Source: Centroscyllium fabricii
Lineage: Eukaryota
Length of the DNA stretch: 64,000 nucleotides
Direction of reading: 5' to 3'
Assembly: GCA_051313645.2 (NCBI GenBank)
Contig: JBNRSN020000013.1
Location: 87,916,001-87,980,000 of the forward strand
Shown here: positions 60,087 through 64,000 of the stretch, piece after piece
How the letters are laid out: the number at the start of each line of letters is the position of its first letter
Position numbering within the stretch: position 1 is the first letter of the stretch
Program-made: the position numbers and the translations under genes
The notes under the pieces: model-generated
Databases searched by the model: none
The model's input: only the letters and a program-made list of their open reading frames with translations
Told to the model about the DNA's origin: nothing

Positions 60087-61427
60087 GACACTGTAGTATA
60101 TATTAAACTGTTCTTGTGTTAACATTTAATTCATTTTTCACTTTTTTAACAACAATAATCTGTAAAATTCTTCCCATCCTATGCATACATCCTTTAATAA
60201 AACTCTGGATAAATACAAAGCAACTTCAAATATAATCCTGATACAGCAGAGAATCCCATTGTGCCTATCCACATCTTGGTTAGTCCCATTCTATACAACT
60301 CCAATGTACCATTTCACATCCCATTCATACTAATCATACCGAATTACTGTACTTGTTCCACATATCCATTACCCTGGGGTGGAAAATTCTTTGAATCTCT
60401 CATCTTGCTTGAATCTTGTGAATTCTTTGCTCTTGTTCTCCATTTCTGTAATCATAGTCTAAGTTAAATTGTATACCTACATCAAAATTATCCATTCCAC
60501 TCAGTATTTTAAAATCTTGGATCGTGTTCCCTTTCAATCTTTTTTTACAATGAAAATAAATTGATTTCTGTAAGTTTGTTGTTGTAACTTGGAGCCATAA
60601 TTCTTTGAATTATTCTTACTGCTCTTCTCAATACTCTCAGCAATGCATCAATGTTCCTTTGAAGATAGGGACCTGGAATTTCCTTGGGGGTTCTTCTGAA
60701 TCTACAACCATAACTTTGGTAGAAGATCAATGGAATGGCCATTTCTGCTGTTTCCTCCAAGTTTCCACTGATCTTCCACTGAAGTTATGGCAGTAGATTC
60801 AGGAGAACCTGATATTATACGCAATGTGGGCAGCCTGGGGAGAATTTCTGCAGGGTTTTCCAGATCGCCTGCCATAACGTTGGTGGAAGATCAGTGGAAT
60901 AGTCTTTTCTGCCATTTCTCCCCCAGGATGTCCAAATTACATAATATTTTAATTGTAGCCTTACCAGTGAATTATTGTAATGTGTTCAATTTATAATCAA
61001 ATGTTTTTGAGATACACCTCAGTATTTGACAACCTTGTTGCTAACAGCTGTACTTTGACTCAGTTGAATGCAGCATCAACCTAGAGTGAATCTATGATAT
61101 ACACTCTATCCTATGCCTTTAATGACCTTTCTATGATGTAGTGTCCAAATCTGCACTCAAGACTCTAACAGTGGTTTATCCAATGTTTTGTACAAATGTT
61201 ACTTTACTCTTGTACTCTATGCCCCATTTATAATATTCACTCCTAATCACCATAGTTCTATAATACATTGCAAGCTGCCGTGGTCCAGCATTTGAAATTG
61301 AGGAATTTGATTTACAATTCTTATAAAATACAGTCTACTCTAGCTATCTGAATTGCTATTCCATGCAGAGAATTCAAATCTGCCAAATCATTTGGGGCCA
61401 TTCCCATTATATAAGATTCCTCATTGA

Positions 61428-62347
61428 AGCCAGCTATGGCTCAGTGGGTAGCAACTGCACCTCTGAATCAGAAGGTTGTGGGTTCATGTCCCACTCCAAA
61501 GACTTGAACACAAAAGTCTAGGCTACAAAATAACTAATAGAGTGCTGCTCGGTCGGAGGTGCCATCTTTCAGATGGGACATTAAACCAATGGCCCTGTCT
61601 ACTCTCTCAGGTGTATGTTAAAGATCTCGTGGTGCTATTTCGAAGAAGAGCAGGGGAATTAGCCCCAATGTTCTGGACAATATTTATCCCTAAATCAGCA
61701 TCACTAATAACAGATTATCTGGTCACTATCACATTACTGTTTGTGGGAGCTTGCTGTGCACAAATTGGCTGCCACGTTTCCTACATTCAATTCAATTCAA
61801 TTCAATTCAAGTTTTATTGTCATTGCAGAGTACTAGTACAATACAACGAAACAAAGACTCGCCGCTCCCGAGAGTAGTGCAAATAAGTTACATGCAAATT
61901 GCATACAGTAAAGTTCATTTCAGGTGTGCAGATACTGGAGTTTCTTGTTAGAGTTCAGGAGGCTGACAGCCCTGGGGAAGAAGCTGTTCTTGAATATAGT
62001 CGTGTGGGTGCAAATTGATCTGTAGCGTCTCCCGGAGGGCAGGGGGGCGAACAGACTGTGGCTGGGGTGTGTGGGGTCTTTAATAATGTTCAGAGACCTC
62101 CGTAGGCAGCGTTTGAGATAGGTGCATTCAATTGATGGTAGCTGGGTGCCGGTGATTTATTGGGCAGTTTTGACTACGCGCTGCAGGGCCTTCCGGTCCG
62201 AGATGGTGCAGTTTCCATACCAGACTGTGATGCAGCTTGTCAGTATGCTTTCGATTGTGCATTATACAGTGACTACATTTCATTGACTGTAAGGTGCTTT
62301 GGGATGTCATGAGATTGCAAAAGGTGCTATATAAATACAAGTCTTTC
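61428..62347 (+). mobile_element. SacSINE1-like Deu-SINE split by a Rex1/Babar fragment
   Basis: tRNA head TGGCTCAGTGGGTAGC..GGGTTCATGTCCCACTCC, Deu-like core; tail resumes at ~62261 and ends ATAAATACAAGTCTTTC. Confidence 0.85.
61786..62260 (-). mobile_element. Rex1/Babar-type LINE 3' end with a (TTGAA)n tail
   Basis: Minus translation TIESILTSCITVWYGNCTISDRKALQRVVKTAQ*ITGTQLPSIE..IIKDPTHPSHSLFAPLPSGRRYRSI..FKNSFFPRAVSLLNS*; stop at 61948-61950. Confidence 0.88.
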
Positions 62348-63121
62348 ATAACATTTAGATACAGAACTCTCCTTCAAGCTGAGTTTTGCCCATTTTCTGG
62401 ATTTTTAATACTCAAATTCACCAGTTAAAGTTAATGCACAGACATTTTACTGAAAGCCATCACCATGTTTCAGAAATATAATCATCTCAAAGCAAAATGT
62501 GTGTTTTGTTAAGTGTTTTCTGTTAATGTTGTTTAGACTGATTGAATCATTTATTAGGCTGTGGTGCAAATACTCTGCCAACTGGCCACTTTTAACATGC
62601 AATTTATAAAACTCCTCATCCAAGCATAATTTTCATCCAAGCATAAACATTCTTGGCAGTCTAGCGATATATTCATCAGGATTCAGCTGTACATTCACTC
62701 TTCCCTCCAAATAAAATTTTTCATTTTGCCTGGACTTGAAGATATTTCAGCTGAAGGTGTGATTAACATAAGCTAAATGGAGCTTGTAAACACTGATCTA
62801 CTGTTAACCATAATGGAGTCACTAATATAACTGAGGTAACTGGCTCTGGTCAATTCTGCCCTTCAAAAATTCTGAGCACATCAAGCCTCCTCTCAGAGTG
62901 ATTAATCAGTATGGTGGATTTTGTTTTTTTGGATCTTTCCAAGTAACCCTGAAGCATTTTATTTCTGATGTTGCACAAGTATTCTTTTCTATCTAAATAA
63001 ACTTAAGGTTAAAAGTAACTATTTGTGTCACATTTTGGGATTTTTGGACCATTTTTCCACAAACACCTTTTTTGGAAAAAGTTACTTTTCGAATGCTATA
63101 TTTCAACACATAATGTAGTTA

Positions 63122-63881
63122 AGGCCCTGTCACACCTTGACGTTTTAGCCAGCGTATGCAAATTTGGCTAAAACGCTGAACTTTCGACCTTTTTTTCAGT
63201 TTTGGGCGTATAATAGCGTATTCATAACGTATTGGACGTATACGTATTAGTAACGTACACAGAACGTTTCGATAAGTTACAGATAACTTATACCAACGAA
63301 TGCTTAGCGTGTTGTCGGCGTTCACAACTTATGCCCAACGATAGTCTAACGTATGCATAGCGCGCGGCAGCGTATCGCCGACGTTTTAGATAAATTTTGA
63401 TACGTCGGCATACGCTAGCTAAATCGTCAAGGTGTGACAGGGCATGACAGGGGCATAAGTTCTGTGGTCGTCCGGAAGACGTCAAATACGTCAATATGCG
63501 TTGGAGATACGTTACACATAGGTTCAAAGCATGTTACTCATAGGTTAGACATAAGTTCCGGGTACGCTAGACATTATCTCGACGTATTTTGACGTATGAC
63601 TAACTTACAAGTAACGTGTGTCAACGATCGCCTAACGTGCCTACAACGTATGGCCAGCGTATGCGGAACGTGTGAATCATACGCTAGATACGTCGAGATT
63701 TTTTGTGCATGCTCAAAAAATCTCGACTTACTCGAAGTACAACGACGTATGCAACGTATGGCCAGCGTATGCCAGCGTGCTCATAACGTATACAAAACGT
63801 ACCCATAACGTATCCGACGTAAACCAGCGTTTTAGCCAAATTTGCATACGCTGGCTAAAACGTCAAGGTGTGACAGCCCCT
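63122..63881. mobile_element. PIF/Harbinger-like MITE, 760 bp, very CpG-rich, with an extra internal TIR
   Basis: ~57-bp TIRs AGG(CC/GG)CTGTCACACCTTGACGTTTTAGCCAGCGTATGCAAATTTGGCTAAAACGCTG; TTA TSD at 63119-63121 and 63882-63884; third TIR copy at ~63408-63443. Confidence 0.9.
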
Positions 63882-64000
63882 TTACATAAGTTAAAAATGA
63901 CACTGAGACGTAGATGGTTAACATGCTAATAGAAGTTAATTTTCTTCCCCAAAGTGTGTAAACAATAAGCAATTCATTAGCCTGGCTTGGTATTTGCTAA

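Noticed and set aside
60625-60930. Small imperfect inverted and direct repeats (also 36770-36960, 7860-7940)
   Set aside because: Probably old short MITE remnants, but TIRs and TSDs could not be defined confidently.
25895-64000. TBX15 exon 2 and T-box exons
   Set aside because: No segment encoding the expected ..[25 protein letters not shown] was found by eye or in the ORF track; it probably lies beyond the window.

Overview
Vertebrate genomic DNA, almost certainly a cartilaginous fish (shark-type repeats: HE1/V-SINE, SacSINE1-like Deu-SINE, CR1, L2, Penelope-like elements). It carries the last two coding exons of mitochondrial tryptophanyl-tRNA synthetase WARS2 (278-396 and 1215-1663, +). 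About 24 kb further on is coding exon 1 of the T-box gene TBX15 (25693-25894, +), followed by >38 kb of intron 1; no exon 2 was found in the window. This tandem WARS2->TBX15 arrangement matches the human locus. TBX15 sits in a broad CpG-retaining domain (~12.8-13.5 and ~17.5-29.5 kb). Most other ORFs in the track are transposon debris or noise. The most notable unannotated structures are: (i) at least eight Penelope-like insertions with 10-16 bp target duplications, mostly fold-backs, several carrying minimal dimer-type hammerhead ribozyme motifs, including a U3-A8 compensatory core variant and intact sense-strand motifs in TBX15 intron 1; (ii) four PIF/Harbinger-type MITEs with different TIRs that all measure 753-762 bp, plus a decayed Harbinger Myb/SANT gene; (iii) an old, indel-poor 36-bp tandem array whose minus strand reads as a 12-aa repeat; (iv) a SINE subfamily that swapped its LINE-derived tail. 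All coordinates were read by eye and family names come from recall, not database searches.
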